A DNA stretch of 64,000 bases from an uncultured Chloroflexia bacterium (GCA_963726245.1 CAVSBT010000043.1:1-64000); one strand, 5' to 3'; numbered from the stretch's first letter, positions 33,352-44,285 are shown. Numbers and translations are program-made. The notes: generated by a model not told the origin, from the letters alone.

Positions 33352-34106
33352 CCGCCCACGACGCGCGGCAGCCCGTCCTCACCGCGTCGGACGCGGGGCA
33401 CGGCGGTCGAGACGTCGGTGCGGGCGCAGAACTCCAGGTCGTGCCCCAGCCCCAGGTCGATCAGGGAGCGACCGTGGTCGGCCTGCCGGAAACAGGCCAT
33501 GGCCCGGCCGCGATAGGAGCGATAGAGGCGCAGGGCCGCCAGGGCATCGTTCCAGAGGCGGGGCCTCAGCGCCCCCGCTCCGGCCTGCGCCAGCAGAGAC
33601 TCCACCACAGCGCCGGCGGTGTAGGCGTCCTCCAGGCTGAAGTAGCGGCCGTGGCCGCGGCCGGAGCAGACGATGGCGATGTCGTGGCCGCCGCCCGCCG
33701 CTAGGGCGAGCGCGGCCTCGGCGGCGGCCCGGCGGTTCAGGAGTGCTGCCGCCAGCACAGCATGGGCGCCGGCGACCCGCCGCAGAGCGCGGGTGCCGTT
33801 GCTGGTGTAGAGCACGGCGCTCCGTCCGGTCATATCGAGGGCGGCGAACTCCGTGGGCGAGTTGCCGTGGTCGAAATCGGGCGGCGGCAGGCTGTCCACC
33901 TCGCCGCAGAGGAGGCGGCCCGTGCGGCGGGCGACGCGGCGGGCCTCGACCAGGGTGCCGCAGACCACCACGTCCTCGATGCCCCTCTCGAAGAGCACGA
34001 CCAGAGTGGAGGTGGCGCGCAGGGCGTCGATGACGACGCAGACCTTGGCCTCCACGCCGGAGGCCAGGCGGGGGACGAAGTTCACCTCGACTCGCACGCT
34101 GGTCAT
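33348..34106 (-). CDS. comB: 2-phosphosulfolactate phosphatase family protein
   Basis: VVIDALRATST, LCGE, GNSP, TSNGT, SLEDAYTAG. Confidence 0.9.
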   Translation of the reverse strand: MTSVRVEVNFVPRLASGVEAKVCVVIDALRATSTLVVLFERGIEDVVVCGTLVEARRVARRTGRLLCGEVDSLPPPDFDHGNSPTEFAALDMTGRSAVLYTSNGTRALRRVAGAHAVLAAALLNRRAAAEAALALAAGGGHDIAIVCSGRGHGRYFSLEDAYTAGAVVESLLAQAGAGALRPRLWNDALAALRLYRSYRGRAMACFRQADHGRSLIDLGLGHDLEFCARTDVSTAVPRVRRGEDGLPRVVGG

Positions 34107-34258
34107 GTATGGCTGCAGGGCCGTCTCCGTTCGCTTGACGGCCTGTCGCAGCAAGGATACCATCTCCCTGACGGAAGCGGGTCGCTCCGGCGGCCGCTGG
34201 CGAATATCGATCCTTACCTGGGGCGGCGCCTGGAGCCGCCCCTTTCTGGAATCGGGGG

Positions 34259-35092
34259 ATGGGCTTCTTCGAGAAGCTGGCGCGGGCCGTCGAGAGGAAC
34301 GGAAGCCTCCTTTGTGTGGGGCTGGATCCGGACCCCGACCGGCTCCCGGCAGGCAGGGACGTGGGTGCGTTCCAGCGCGCCATCATCGAAGCCACGTCCG
34401 ACCTCGTCTGCGCCTACAAGCCCAACCTGGCCTTCTACGAAGCCCTGGGCGACCCCGGTCTGGAGGCGCTGCGCAGCACTCTGGCCGCCATCCCCGACGA
34501 CGTGCCCGTCATCGGCGACGGCAAGCGCGGCGACGTGGGCCACACCGCCCGCGCTTACGCCCGCGCCCTCTTCGACGGCTGGGGCTTCGATGCCGTGACG
34601 GTGAACGCGTACCTGGGCGGCGATTCCCTGGAGCCTTTCCTGGAGAGGGAGGACCGGGGCGTGTTCTTGATCTGCCGCACGTCCAACCCCGGCGCCCGCG
34701 ACCTCCAAGACCTGCCCGTCGTCCTTGGCGAGGGCCTGCCTGCCCGGCCCCTGTTCGAAGTGGTGGCGGAGCGAGCGAAGGATTGGAACACGCGGGGCAA
34801 CGTCGGCCTGGTGGTGGGCGCCACCTATCCCCAGGAGCTGGCACGCCTGCGTGAGATCTGCCCGCAGATGACGTTCCTGGTGCCCGGCGTGGGCGCCCAG
34901 GGCGGAGACCTGGAGGCGTGCCTGCGTCGAGGGCTGGGCGCTGGGGGTGGCGGGCTTATCATCAACGTATCGCGGCAGGTGCTGTACGCATCTCAGGGGG
35001 AGGACTTCGCGGCGGCCGCCCGGCAGGTCGCCCTGGGCCTGCGAGACGAGATCCGCCGGTTGCGGGAGGCGGTGCTATCCGGGCGAGCTTAG
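34259..35092 (+). CDS. pyrF: orotidine-5'-phosphate decarboxylase (type 2)
   Basis: LCVGLDP, YKPNLAFYE, DGKRGDVG, LVPGVGAQGG. Confidence 0.95.
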   Translation: MGFFEKLARAVERNGSLLCVGLDPDPDRLPAGRDVGAFQRAIIEATSDLVCAYKPNLAFYEALGDPGLEALRSTLAAIPDDVPVIGDGKRGDVGHTARAYARALFDGWGFDAVTVNAYLGGDSLEPFLEREDRGVFLICRTSNPGARDLQDLPVVLGEGLPARPLFEVVAERAKDWNTRGNVGLVVGATYPQELARLREICPQMTFLVPGVGAQGGDLEACLRRGLGAGGGGLIINVSRQVLYASQGEDFAAAARQVALGLRDEIRRLREAVLSGRA

Positions 35093-35094
35093 CC

Positions 35095-35337
35095 ATGGTA
35101 GTGGAGTTTCGCCTCGGCGACGTCGTCAGGCTGCGGAAGGTCCATCCCTGCGGCGGCTACGAGTGGCGGGTGGTACGCCTGGGGGCGGACATCGGGCTGC
35201 GCTGCCTCACCTGTGGCCGGAGGGTCCTCCTCGACCGGCGTACCCTCGAGAAGCGGCTCAAGGCCTTTGTAGAGCGGGGCGAGGAGCCCGATCCTCTCCT
35301 GGACCGCCTCCTCTGGGAGCAGAAGGAGCAGTCCTAG
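35095..35337 (+). CDS. DUF951 protein
   Basis: GDVVRLRKVHPCGGYEW..GADIGLRC..CGR. Confidence 0.9.
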   Translation: MVVEFRLGDVVRLRKVHPCGGYEWRVVRLGADIGLRCLTCGRRVLLDRRTLEKRLKAFVERGEEPDPLLDRLLWEQKEQS

Positions 35338-35359
35338 GAGCGGTGGGGGGACAGGCACT

Positions 35360-36700
35360 TTGGCACAAGCCTGGGCGTCGAAGCTGAACCTGTGGTCCAT
35401 GGCCGGGCGGAGCGCTCTCCTCCAGGACCTGGGGTTCCGGCACTACTGGATCTCCCGCGCCCTCTCGGCCACGGCCTACAACGCGATGCTCTACGGGGCC
35501 CTGATCCTGGTCGTGCGGGAGACCGGCTCCAGCATCAGCACCAGCCTTCTCATCCTCGCTCTCATCATCCCGTCGGCCACCCTGGCCTCCGTCTCGGGCG
35601 TCGTGACGGACCGTCTGCCCAGAGGCCTCATACTGTTCATCGGGCACGTCCTGCGAGCGCTCCTGGCTGTAGCCTTCGTGGCGTCCGGCGGCAGCGTCTG
35701 GGTCATCTACGGCATCGCCCTCGGATTTGGCATCGTCGGCCAGTTCTCGGGGCCGGTGGAGTCGGCGCTGCTGCCGCACATCGTGGAGCGCGAGCGGTTG
35801 ACCGCCGCCAATTCCATGTTCAACCTGGGCGGAGCGGTCGGACAGGCTGTGGGGGTGCTCATCCTGGCGCCCCTCTTTCTGAAAACGGTGGGCGCCGATT
35901 CCCTCTTCACTGTCATAGCCATGCTTTACGTGGCGGCGGCGGGTTTGCTGCTGACCGTGCCTCACCTGGGCTTCAGGAAGCTGAGCGAAGCGCAGCGCCA
36001 TTCGTCACACACCAGCTTTCGCGGCGTTCGAGCCGAGTTCGCCGAAGGGTGGCAGACCTTGCGCCGGGACCGCACGGCCTACATGGGCATGATCCTGCTG
36101 GTGCTCGGGAGCACGTCGCTCTTGGTGACGGTATCCCTGGCGCCGCGCTTCGCCGACCAGGTCCTGGGCATCTCCACCGAGAACGCCGTCTACGTCTTTG
36201 CTCCCTCGGTCGTCGGCGTAGTGGTGGGGTTACGGGTGGTGGACTGGCTCACGCACCAGGTGAGCAAATCGTCGGTAGTGACGGCGGGCTTTATCCTTGT
36301 GGTGCTCTCTATGGTGGCTATGGCGATGGTGCCCCAGAGCGCCCGTCTCCTGGAGAACCAGAATCCTTTGGGGCTGTTCTCCCCAGGGCCGTTCGGCACC
36401 ACGGCGGCTCGTGTCATGGTAACGCTGGCCTTCGCCGGTATGGTCGGCTTTGCCTACTCAGTGGTCAACGTGGCGGGTCGCTCCCTGCTCAACGAGCGGG
36501 TGCCGCTCCCCATGCAGGGGCGCGTGTTCGCCGCTCAGACGGTCCTTTCCAATCTGGCCTCCATCGTCCCGTTAATTCTGGCGGGCGCCCTGGCCGACTG
36601 GTTGGGCGTGAGCCCTGTCCTCATCGCCGTAGCGGTTGCCGTCCTGGTGGTAGCTCTGTGGAGCGCCTTCCAGTCCGTGCGCACAGGAGCGCCGGCGTGA
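35360..36700 (+). CDS. MFS transporter (MFS_3-like)
   Basis: GVVTDRLPR, P..MQGRVFA; about 12 TM helices. Confidence 0.88.
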   Translation: MAQAWASKLNLWSMAGRSALLQDLGFRHYWISRALSATAYNAMLYGALILVVRETGSSISTSLLILALIIPSATLASVSGVVTDRLPRGLILFIGHVLRALLAVAFVASGGSVWVIYGIALGFGIVGQFSGPVESALLPHIVERERLTAANSMFNLGGAVGQAVGVLILAPLFLKTVGADSLFTVIAMLYVAAAGLLLTVPHLGFRKLSEAQRHSSHTSFRGVRAEFAEGWQTLRRDRTAYMGMILLVLGSTSLLVTVSLAPRFADQVLGISTENAVYVFAPSVVGVVVGLRVVDWLTHQVSKSSVVTAGFILVVLSMVAMAMVPQSARLLENQNPLGLFSPGPFGTTAARVMVTLAFAGMVGFAYSVVNVAGRSLLNERVPLPMQGRVFAAQTVLSNLASIVPLILAGALADWLGVSPVLIAVAVAVLVVALWSAFQSVRTGAPA

Positions 36701-38169
36701 GGGGGAGCGTGGAGCGCGTAAAGCGCGTGGGTCCGGGTCTGGCCAAGGGGCTCAAGCGGGCGGATGCCCCCGTCCTCGGCATCCGGAACTTCCGGCTTCT
36801 CTGGCTGGCCCAGATCTTCGCTCACACCGCTCAGAATGCCACCCTGTTTACCCTGCTGGTGCTGGTGGTGGCTAAGACGGGGTCCAGCATCCAAGGCTCT
36901 CTCCTGGTGCTCTCCTACGTCTTCCCCTCGCTGGTCTTCGGATTGGTCGCGGGGTTGCTGGTGGACCGCTGGCGTAAGCGAACAGTGCTCCTGGCCACCA
37001 GCGTGCTGCGCATGGTGGCCTGCCTCGCCTTCATTCTCGTAAGCCCGCACGTGTGGCTCATCTACGGCATCAACCTGGGTTTCTCCACGCTGGGCCAGTT
37101 CTTCACAACCGCCGAAGCCGCCAGCATACCGGCCCTGGTGCCCCGGAACCAGCTAATGTCGGCCAACAGCCTCTTCAATCTGGCCCTCACCGGCTCCCAG
37201 TTCGGCGGCATGGTGATGCTGGCGCCGCTGTTGATCAAGAGCTTTGGCAGCGATGCCCTCTTCGTCATGGCTGCCCTTTTCTTCCTGGTAGCGACCGGTC
37301 TTGCCTACAGGCTGCCGGAGATCGAAGCCGAAGAGGGGATGGAGACGGACAATGGCGCGCAGCCTCTCTTCCGGGGCGCAGTGTCAGAGATGTGGCGCAC
37401 CCTCCGCCTCCTCCGCCACGATAGGGCTTCCAACATAGCGCTTCTCCAGATGACGGTTAGCGGCTCGCTGGTGCTCTTCTTCGCTGTCCTGGTGCCGCGA
37501 TACATGCAGTCTGTGCTCCAGATCGCCCCGGCCGACGCCGTCTTCATCTTCGCGCCCACCGGCGTGGGGGCGCTTCTGGGTCTGCGCATGCTGTCCTGGA
37601 TAGTCCCGCGGCTGGGGAAGGGACGAGTGGCGGTGGTGGGACTGGTGGGCATTGCTATCTGCCTAACGGCATTGGGCTTCGTGGAGCGGATCGCCGACTT
37701 GATGGAGCACACGAAGACCTTCAATCCCTTCGCCCACAACGGGCGGGTTGCCGGCCTCTCTCTCTTGGTGGCGCTGACGATGATGCTCACCGGCCCTTTG
37801 GGCTTCGCCTACGCCCTCGTGAACGCCCCCGCCCAGACCGTCCTCCACGAGCGGGCGCCGGCAGAGATGCGGGGTCGCGTTTTCGCATCGCAACTGGTGC
37901 TCGCCAACCTGGTCTCCATTGGTCCCCTTATCCTAGTGGGCGGTGTAGCCGATCTATATGGTGTGAGCCCCGTGTTGTTGAGCATCGCCGTCGTGATTCT
38001 GCTCGTGGCCGCGATCAGTGCGCACCAGGAGGGCCGTGAGCGGATGGCTAGCCGTCTGGCCGAGGAGTCGACAGGAGTCGGCGGCAGCGAGCCGCTTTCA
38101 TTCGGAACAGCACTTCACCAACCCTTGGCTGATGGCCGTTCCGTTGACACCACCAGGGGCCTAGGTTAG
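36697..38169 (+). CDS. MFS transporter (paralog of the upstream gene)
   Basis: NFRLLWLAQ, GLLVDRWRKR, EMRGRVFA; GTGA overlap with upstream stop. Confidence 0.88.
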   Translation: MRGSVERVKRVGPGLAKGLKRADAPVLGIRNFRLLWLAQIFAHTAQNATLFTLLVLVVAKTGSSIQGSLLVLSYVFPSLVFGLVAGLLVDRWRKRTVLLATSVLRMVACLAFILVSPHVWLIYGINLGFSTLGQFFTTAEAASIPALVPRNQLMSANSLFNLALTGSQFGGMVMLAPLLIKSFGSDALFVMAALFFLVATGLAYRLPEIEAEEGMETDNGAQPLFRGAVSEMWRTLRLLRHDRASNIALLQMTVSGSLVLFFAVLVPRYMQSVLQIAPADAVFIFAPTGVGALLGLRMLSWIVPRLGKGRVAVVGLVGIAICLTALGFVERIADLMEHTKTFNPFAHNGRVAGLSLLVALTMMLTGPLGFAYALVNAPAQTVLHERAPAEMRGRVFASQLVLANLVSIGPLILVGGVADLYGVSPVLLSIAVVILLVAAISAHQEGRERMASRLAEESTGVGGSEPLSFGTALHQPLADGRSVDTTRGLG

Positions 38170-38172
38170 ACT
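38144..38172 (+). promoter_or_regulatory. sigma70 promoter for the DUF151 gene
   Basis: TTGACA-17 nt-TAGACT. Confidence 0.65.
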
Positions 38173-38209
38173 TGAGTTGCCTTCCCTGGGCCAGTGAGGA
38201 GGTGGCGGC

Positions 38210-38753
38210 GTGATTGAGATGAACATCGAGAGCATCCGGGTAAGCCTGATGAACTATCAGCGCGTGGTCATTCTGAAGGAGAAGGCGGCCGAACGCTATC
38301 TGCCCATCTGGATTGGGCCGGCGGAGGCCGACGCCATCGCTGTACGGCTCCAGGATGTCTCGGTGGCCCGTCCCCTCACGCACGACTTGCTGCGCTCGAT
38401 AATCGATGCCTTGGGGGCGCGCGTAAACTGCATAATCGTCAACGACCTCTCCAACGACACCTTCTACGCGCGCATAGTCCTCGACGTGGACGGCAAGTCG
38501 CTCGAGATCGACTCTCGCCCGAGCGACGCCATCGCTCTGGCGGTCAGGGTGCAGGTTCCCATCTACGCCGAGGAGTCGGTGTCTGGAGAAGGCGGGGGTC
38601 ATGCTGGACAAGGAGGGAGAGGCCAACCCCGCGGGTGACGTGACGAGCGAGCCTCTGACGAAGCCCGACGCCGAGGAGTTGGAGAAGCTTTCCCCGTTCC
38701 GTGACTTCATCGAGAGCCTGGACCTGGAGGACTTCGACAAGCGCAAGTCCTAG
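38210..38753 (+). CDS. bifunctional nuclease (DUF151) family protein (frameshift near 38582)
   Basis: [28 protein letters not shown]. Confidence 0.92.
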
Positions 38754-38774
38754 AATAGCGTCGCTATTGCATTT

Positions 38775-38807
38775 CGGGGGGCATCTTGTGATGTCCCCCG
38801 CTTTTTT
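38775..38807 (+). terminator. intrinsic terminator
   Basis: CGGGGGGCATC-TTGT-GATGTCCCCCG followed by CTTTTTT. Confidence 0.8.
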
Positions 38808-38934
38808 CTCGCGAGGGGCGGCGGCACAAGGCGGCGAGTGCGAAAACAGGGTTGATTGTAAATTCGGCTTGATCCTAAATTCTAACCTGTGCTAGGGTTC
38901 TCAAGGTTGAAGGCCAGGCGCTGCGAGGTGACGA

Positions 38935-39165
38935 ATGGGACGCTTGTCACCGGCCGTCAGGCTTTTGGGCATCGGCTGGTATTTCGCCTTCTGCATCGCC
39001 CTGGGCATTGGCGGAGGCGTCTTGCTGGATGACCGACTTGGTGTCTCACCCTTATTCACGCTGTTGGGCCTCGCCGTAGGCCTGGTGGCCGCCTTCTATG
39101 GCGGTTACCGAATGCTAATGGAAGCCCTGTATGGCGACAGGGACCGGGGGGGTGGAGGACACTAG
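38935..39165 (+). CDS. AtpZ/AtpI family protein
   Basis: GVLLDDRLG.SPLFTLLGL; first gene of the atp operon. Confidence 0.85.
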   Translation: MGRLSPAVRLLGIGWYFAFCIALGIGGGVLLDDRLGVSPLFTLLGLAVGLVAAFYGGYRMLMEALYGDRDRGGGGH

Positions 39166-40242
39166 TTGCGCAGATTCAGGGGACTTGCTATCGGCCTGGG
39201 CTTGGTGATCCTCGTCCTGGCCGGCTTTCTCTTCCTGCGTTCCCCCAAGCCCATCATCGAACTCAAGGCCGAGACCGTCTTCTCTATCGGCCCCTTTAAC
39301 GTCACTAACACCTACATCACTTCCTGGATCGTTGTTATCTTCATAGCGGCTTTCGCCTACGCGGCAACGCGGCGTATGAGCCTGGTGCCTCGCGGCATCC
39401 AGAACCTGTTTGAGGCGATCCTCGAAGCTCTTTACAACCTGGTCGTAGGCACCGCCGGCGAGAAACATGGGCGGCGTTTCTTCCCCGTAATCGCCTCCAT
39501 CTTCCTCTATGTGGCCATCTGCAACTGGTTTGGCCTTCTGCCCCTCTTTGCCACCGTCGGCAAGGTCGAAGAGATCAGCGCCCAGGATCCGGCTTTCCAC
39601 GAGAAGGGTGTGGTGATCGAGCAGAAGGCGGGGCTGAACGTCATCATGCCCGCCGCCGCCGACGTGGAGCTGCCGAAGACGGTGACTCTGCCCGACGGCA
39701 AGGTGGAGGTGGTGAACGCTGACTCGCCGGTCGAGGTGAAGCAGCTCGCTATTGACGAGGCGAAAGACGAAGCAGGTCTGAGCGAGGATGCGAAGATAGG
39801 CGTACTGATCCCCTTCTTCCGCAGCGTCAACACCGACCTGAACTCACCGCTGTCCCTGGCTATTTGGTCGGCCATCTTCGTCGAGTTCTGGGGCATCAGC
39901 ACCTACGGTTTCTTCCGCTACGGCAGCAAGTTCTTCAACTTCGGCCGCCTGCTGCACGGGAAGCTGTTGGATGGCTTCATCGACGTCTTCGTGGGCATTC
40001 TTGAGTTGGTAGCGGAGCTGGTGCGTCTTGTCAGCTTCACCTTTCGTCTCTTCGGCAACATCTTCGCCGGCGAGATCCTGTTCCTGGTGGTGATATTCTT
40101 GCTGCCCCTGCTGTTTCTTGATTTCGTCTACGCCCTGGAGCTCTTCGTGGGGGCGATCCAGGCGTTTATCTTCGCGATGCTCACCCTGGTCTTCGGCGTC
40201 ATAGCTGTGTCCGCGCCCCACGGCGAGGCCGAGGGGCACTAG
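39166..40242 (+). CDS. atpB: ATP synthase Fo subunit a
   Basis: PRGIQNLFE, NWFGLLP, SFTFRLFGNIFAGE, IQAFIFAML. Confidence 0.95.
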   Translation: MRRFRGLAIGLGLVILVLAGFLFLRSPKPIIELKAETVFSIGPFNVTNTYITSWIVVIFIAAFAYAATRRMSLVPRGIQNLFEAILEALYNLVVGTAGEKHGRRFFPVIASIFLYVAICNWFGLLPLFATVGKVEEISAQDPAFHEKGVVIEQKAGLNVIMPAAADVELPKTVTLPDGKVEVVNADSPVEVKQLAIDEAKDEAGLSEDAKIGVLIPFFRSVNTDLNSPLSLAIWSAIFVEFWGISTYGFFRYGSKFFNFGRLLHGKLLDGFIDVFVGILELVAELVRLVSFTFRLFGNIFAGEILFLVVIFLLPLLFLDFVYALELFVGAIQAFIFAMLTLVFGVIAVSAPHGEAEGH

Positions 40243-40311
40243 CACGGAGAGGGCGGAAGCAGGGTTGGCTCCGGCAGGACTTAGATAAGGAACATCCTTT
40301 AGGGAGGAGCG

Positions 40312-40576
40312 ATGGAACTAATTCACCTGTTTCCGCTTTTGGCGATCACCGACGCCTGCAATGCGTTTCATTGGCGCCGGCTTTGCGATGGCGGTCGGCG
40401 GCGTGGCGCCGTCCCTGGCCATCGGCATGCTGGTGGGCAAGGCTATGGAGGCTCTGGGCCGCAACCCGGAGGCTCAGCCCGTCATCCAGACCAACATGAT
40501 CCTGGGCATCGCCTTCGCCGAGGCCATCGCCATCTACGCGCTGGTGGTGGCCGTGATGATCGGCTTCGTTTTCTGA
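40312..40576 (+). CDS. atpE: ATP synthase Fo subunit c (frameshift)
   Basis: GRNPEA, FAEAIAIY. Confidence 0.93.
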
Positions 40577-40611
40577 GAGACGTGCCCGGCGTCTGGCTCT
40601 TGGGGGCCTAG

Positions 40612-41141
40612 ATGAATGGTATAACCCTGCTTGGTATCGGGGCGCTGGGGATCAACCTCCCCGGAGTGCTGGCCCAGATCATCAACTTCGGCATCTTGCT
40701 CGTCTTCCTGCGCCTGGTGCTATACAAGCCCATCATGCGCATGCTGGACGAGCGCGCCGGCCGCATTCGGGAGAGCCTGGAGACGGCGGAGCGCATCAAG
40801 GAGCAGAGGCCGAGACGGCCCAGAAGGCGGAGGAGCGGCTGGAGGAGGCGCGCAAAGAGGGTCAAACCCTCATCGTGCAGGCGCAGCAGATCTCGGGGCG
40901 CATCCAGGAAGAGGCGCGTCAGCAGGCCCACAGCGAGGGCGAAGCCCTGCTGGCCCGGGCCCGCACCGAGATCCAGCTCGAGCGCGACGGCGCCATCGCG
41001 CGCCTGCGCGCTGAGTTCGCCGACATCACGATCAGCGCCGCCGAACGGGTCATTGGCCAGTCGCTGGACCGGCGTGCCCACCAGCGCCTTATCGATGAAG
41101 TGCTGGCCGAGTCCAGCTTCAAAGGGGACGACGGGGCCTGA
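40612..41141 (+). CDS. atpF: ATP synthase Fo subunit b (frameshift)
   Basis: AQIINFGIL..YKPIMRMLDER; AAERVIG. Confidence 0.92.
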
Positions 41142-41157
41142 GTAACCCCGCAGCGCC

Positions 41158-41703
41158 ATGAGGATTGAGGTAGCGGCCAAGCGTTACGCTCAGGCTGCCT
41201 TCGACATCGCTCGCGAGAGGGATGAGCTCGACCGCTGGGTCGAGGACCTCGGAGCCATTGTCGACTCTGGCGGCCCAACCCGGCGTGGTGGACGTGCTCG
41301 CCAGCTCGCGCGTTCCCTTCGAGCGGCAAGGAGCGCTTGCTGAGCTCGGGGCTGGTCGGCATCAGCCCCCTCGCCCTGAACCTGGCGCGTCTGCTGGTGA
41401 AGAAGGGCCGCATCGCCATGGCCGGGCAGGTGCGGGACGAGTACCTGGGCCTGCTGGACGAGCACCGCGGGATGGCAAAGGCCGTCGTGCTCACCGCTGT
41501 GCCCCTCTCTGACGATGAGGAGAGGGCCGTGGCCAAGCGTCTGCGGGAGATGACCGGCAAGGAGGTCACGCTGGAGGGCCGAGGTCGACCCGGAGATCCT
41601 GGGCGGGCTGATCGCCCGTGTCGGCGACCGCCTCATCGACGGCAGCACCCGCACGCGACTGCTGGAGCTGCGTCGCCGGTTGGCCGGCGAGACGGCGTCA
41701 TAG
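41158..41703 (+). CDS. atpH: ATP synthase F1 delta (frameshifts)
   Basis: AAKRYAQA, TAVPLS, DPEILGGLIARVGDRLIDGS. Confidence 0.92.
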
Positions 41704-41788
41704 GGGGCGGCGCGCAACAGCGGATGAGCCAGCGCATCGACATCCCGGCGCGGCGAAGCGCCTGGGGAACACGTAACGGGGAGATGAC

Positions 41789-43307
41789 ATGGCAGTAAGA
41801 CCGGAAGAGATAGCCTCCATCCTCAAGCAGCAGATCGAGCAGTTCGGCGCCGAGGTCACCGCCGTCGACGTGGGCACCGTGGTCGAGGCCGGCGACGGCA
41901 TCGCCCGCGTCCACGGCCTCAGCAACTGCATGGCCTGCGAGCTGGTGGAGTTCCCCAACGGCGCCATGGGTCTGGCCCTCAACCTGGAGGAGGAGACCGT
42001 CGGCGTCATGGTCCTGGGCGAGTTCGCCGACATCAAGGAGGGCGACGAGGTCCGCTCCACCGGCCGCATCGTGGAGGTGCCCGTGGGCGACGCCCTCATC
42101 GGCCGCGTGGTCGACCCCCTGGGCAAGCCCCTCGACGGCAAGGGGCCCGTCAAGACGACCAAGACCCGCCCCGTGGAGCGCATCGCCCCCAACGTGGTGG
42201 TCCGGACAGGCGGTCGACACCCCCGTCCAGACCGGCATCAAGGCCATCGACGCCATGATCCCCATCGGCCGCGGGCAGCGCGAGCTGATCATCGGCGACC
42301 GCATCCACCGGCAAGAGCGCCATCGCCATCGACACCATCATCAACCAGAAGGGCGGCGACCTCACCTGCATCTACGTCGCCATCGGCCAGAAGGCGTCGA
42401 AGGTGGCGCAGACGGTGGCCGTCCTCGAGCAGTACGGGGCCATGGACCACACGATCGTGGTCTGTCGCCAACGCCTCCGACCCGGCGCCCTTGCAGTACC
42501 TGGCGCCCTACTCCGGCTGCGCCATGGGCGAGGAGTTCATGGAGCAGGGGCGAGACGCCCTCATCATCTACGACGACCTGTCCAAGCACGCCTGGGCCTA
42601 CCGCCAGGTGTCGCTGCTGCTCCGCCGGCCCCCCGGGTCGCGAGGCCTACCCGGGCGACGTCTTCTACCTGCACAGCCGGCTGCTGGAGCGGGCGGCGAA
42701 GCTGGCCCCGGAGCTCGGCGGCGGCTCCCTGACCGCCCTGCCGATCATCGAGACCCAGGCCGGTGACATCTCCGCCTACATCCCGACCAACGTCATCTCC
42801 ATCACCGACGGCCAGATCTACCTGGAGACCGACCTGTTCAACGCCGGCATCCGGCCCGCCATCAACGTCGGCCTCTCGGTGTCGCGTGTCGGCGGCTCGG
42901 CGCAGCGCCGGGCGATGCGCCAGGTGGCGGGCCGGCTGCGCCTTGACCTGGCGCAGTACCGCGAGCTGCAGGCCTTCGCCCAGTTCGGCACCGCCGAGCT
43001 GGACGCGGCTACCCGGCACCAGCTGGAGCGCGGCCAGCGCATCACGGAGGTCCTCAAGCAGCCTCAGTACGAGCCGATGCCCCTGTGCCAGCAGGTGGAG
43101 ATCCTCTACGCCGTGGTCAACGGCTACCTGGACGACGTTGCCAGTGGCCAAGGTGCGCGGACTTCGAGGCGGCGTTCCACAAGTTCATGGCCAGCAACCA
43201 CCCGGAGATCGGGCAGCGCCATCGACGAGAAGCGGGAGATAGACCCGGAGACGGAGGAGGCCCTCAAGGCCGCCGTCAGCGAGTTCAAAGAGAACGTGCC
43301 GTACTAG
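41789..43307 (+). CDS. atpA: ATP synthase F1 alpha (frameshifts)
   Basis: [42 protein letters not shown]. Confidence 0.97.
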
Positions 43308-43383
43308 GATCGAGGAGTCGGGGAGTGACTGAACCCCACGGTGTGACGACGGACGTGCGCGCAGGGCTCTGGAGGGCAGGCTA

Positions 43384-44252
43384 ATGGCCACCATTCGCCA
43401 GATCCGGCGTCGCATCCGCTCTGTCACCAGCACCGCCAAGATCACCAAGGCCATGGAGATGGTCGCGGCATCGAAGATGCGGCGTGTCCAGATGCGCGCC
43501 CTGGCCGCCCGCCCTTACGCCGAGAAGCTGCGCGAGATGCTGGCCGACCTGGCGGAGAGCCTGGAGGGCCTGCGCGCCGAGGCACTGCACCCCCTGCTTC
43601 AGCGGCGCGATGTGCGGGAGGCCGCCATCATCCTCATCACACCGGACAGCGGCCTGTGCGGTGGGCTCAACGCCAACCTGAACCGTCGTGCCGCCGCATT
43701 CGCACTTGAGCAGGGGAGGCCCATGTGCGCGTGATCTGCGTCGGACGGAAGGGTCGCGACTTCTTCGGCCGTGCGGGCTATTCGATCGCCGGCGAGTTCA
43801 CGAAATTGGGAGACTACCCGTCGTACGACGACAGCGGCCCATCGCCCGCCTGGTCATGGACGACTACGTGGCGGGGGTGGTGGACAAGGTGTTCCTGATC
43901 TACCCGCTGTTCGTCAACACGGTCACGCAGCGGCCCGAGGTGCGGCAGCTCCTGCCTGTGGAGTTCCCGCCCCGAGAGGCCTCCAGGCTGGTCGAGTACA
44001 TATACGAGCCGTCGCCGGCGGAGGTGCTTGCCGCAGCTGCTGCCGCGCTACGTCGAGACGGAGGTCTACGAGGCGGTGTTGGAGCTCGCGGCCAGCGAGC
44101 AGTCGGCGCGCATGGTAGCCATGCGCAACGCCACCGATGCCGCCTACGATATGATCCAGGACCTCACTCTGACCTATAACAAGGTCCGCCAGGAGCAGAT
44201 CACCAAGGAGCTCCTGGACATCGTCGGCGGGTCCGTGGGGCTGGGGACGTAA
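43384..44252 (+). CDS. atpG: ATP synthase F1 gamma (frameshifts)
   Basis: [40 protein letters not shown]. Confidence 0.96.
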
Positions 44253-44257
44253 GAATC

Positions 44258-44285
44258 GGAACTGGGAACCAGGAACCAGGAACCG
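44258..44285 (+). repeat. degenerate heptamer tandem repeat
   Basis: GGAACTG GGAACCA GGAACCA GGAACCG. Confidence 0.7.

Noticed and set aside
33348-34106. Coenzyme M biosynthesis
   Set aside because: comB-family phosphatases are widespread on their own, and no comA, comC, comD or comE is present here.
35392-38169. 925-aa giant MFS ORF
   Set aside because: The first 435 codons are an off-frame shadow of the upstream MFS; the real start is near 36697.
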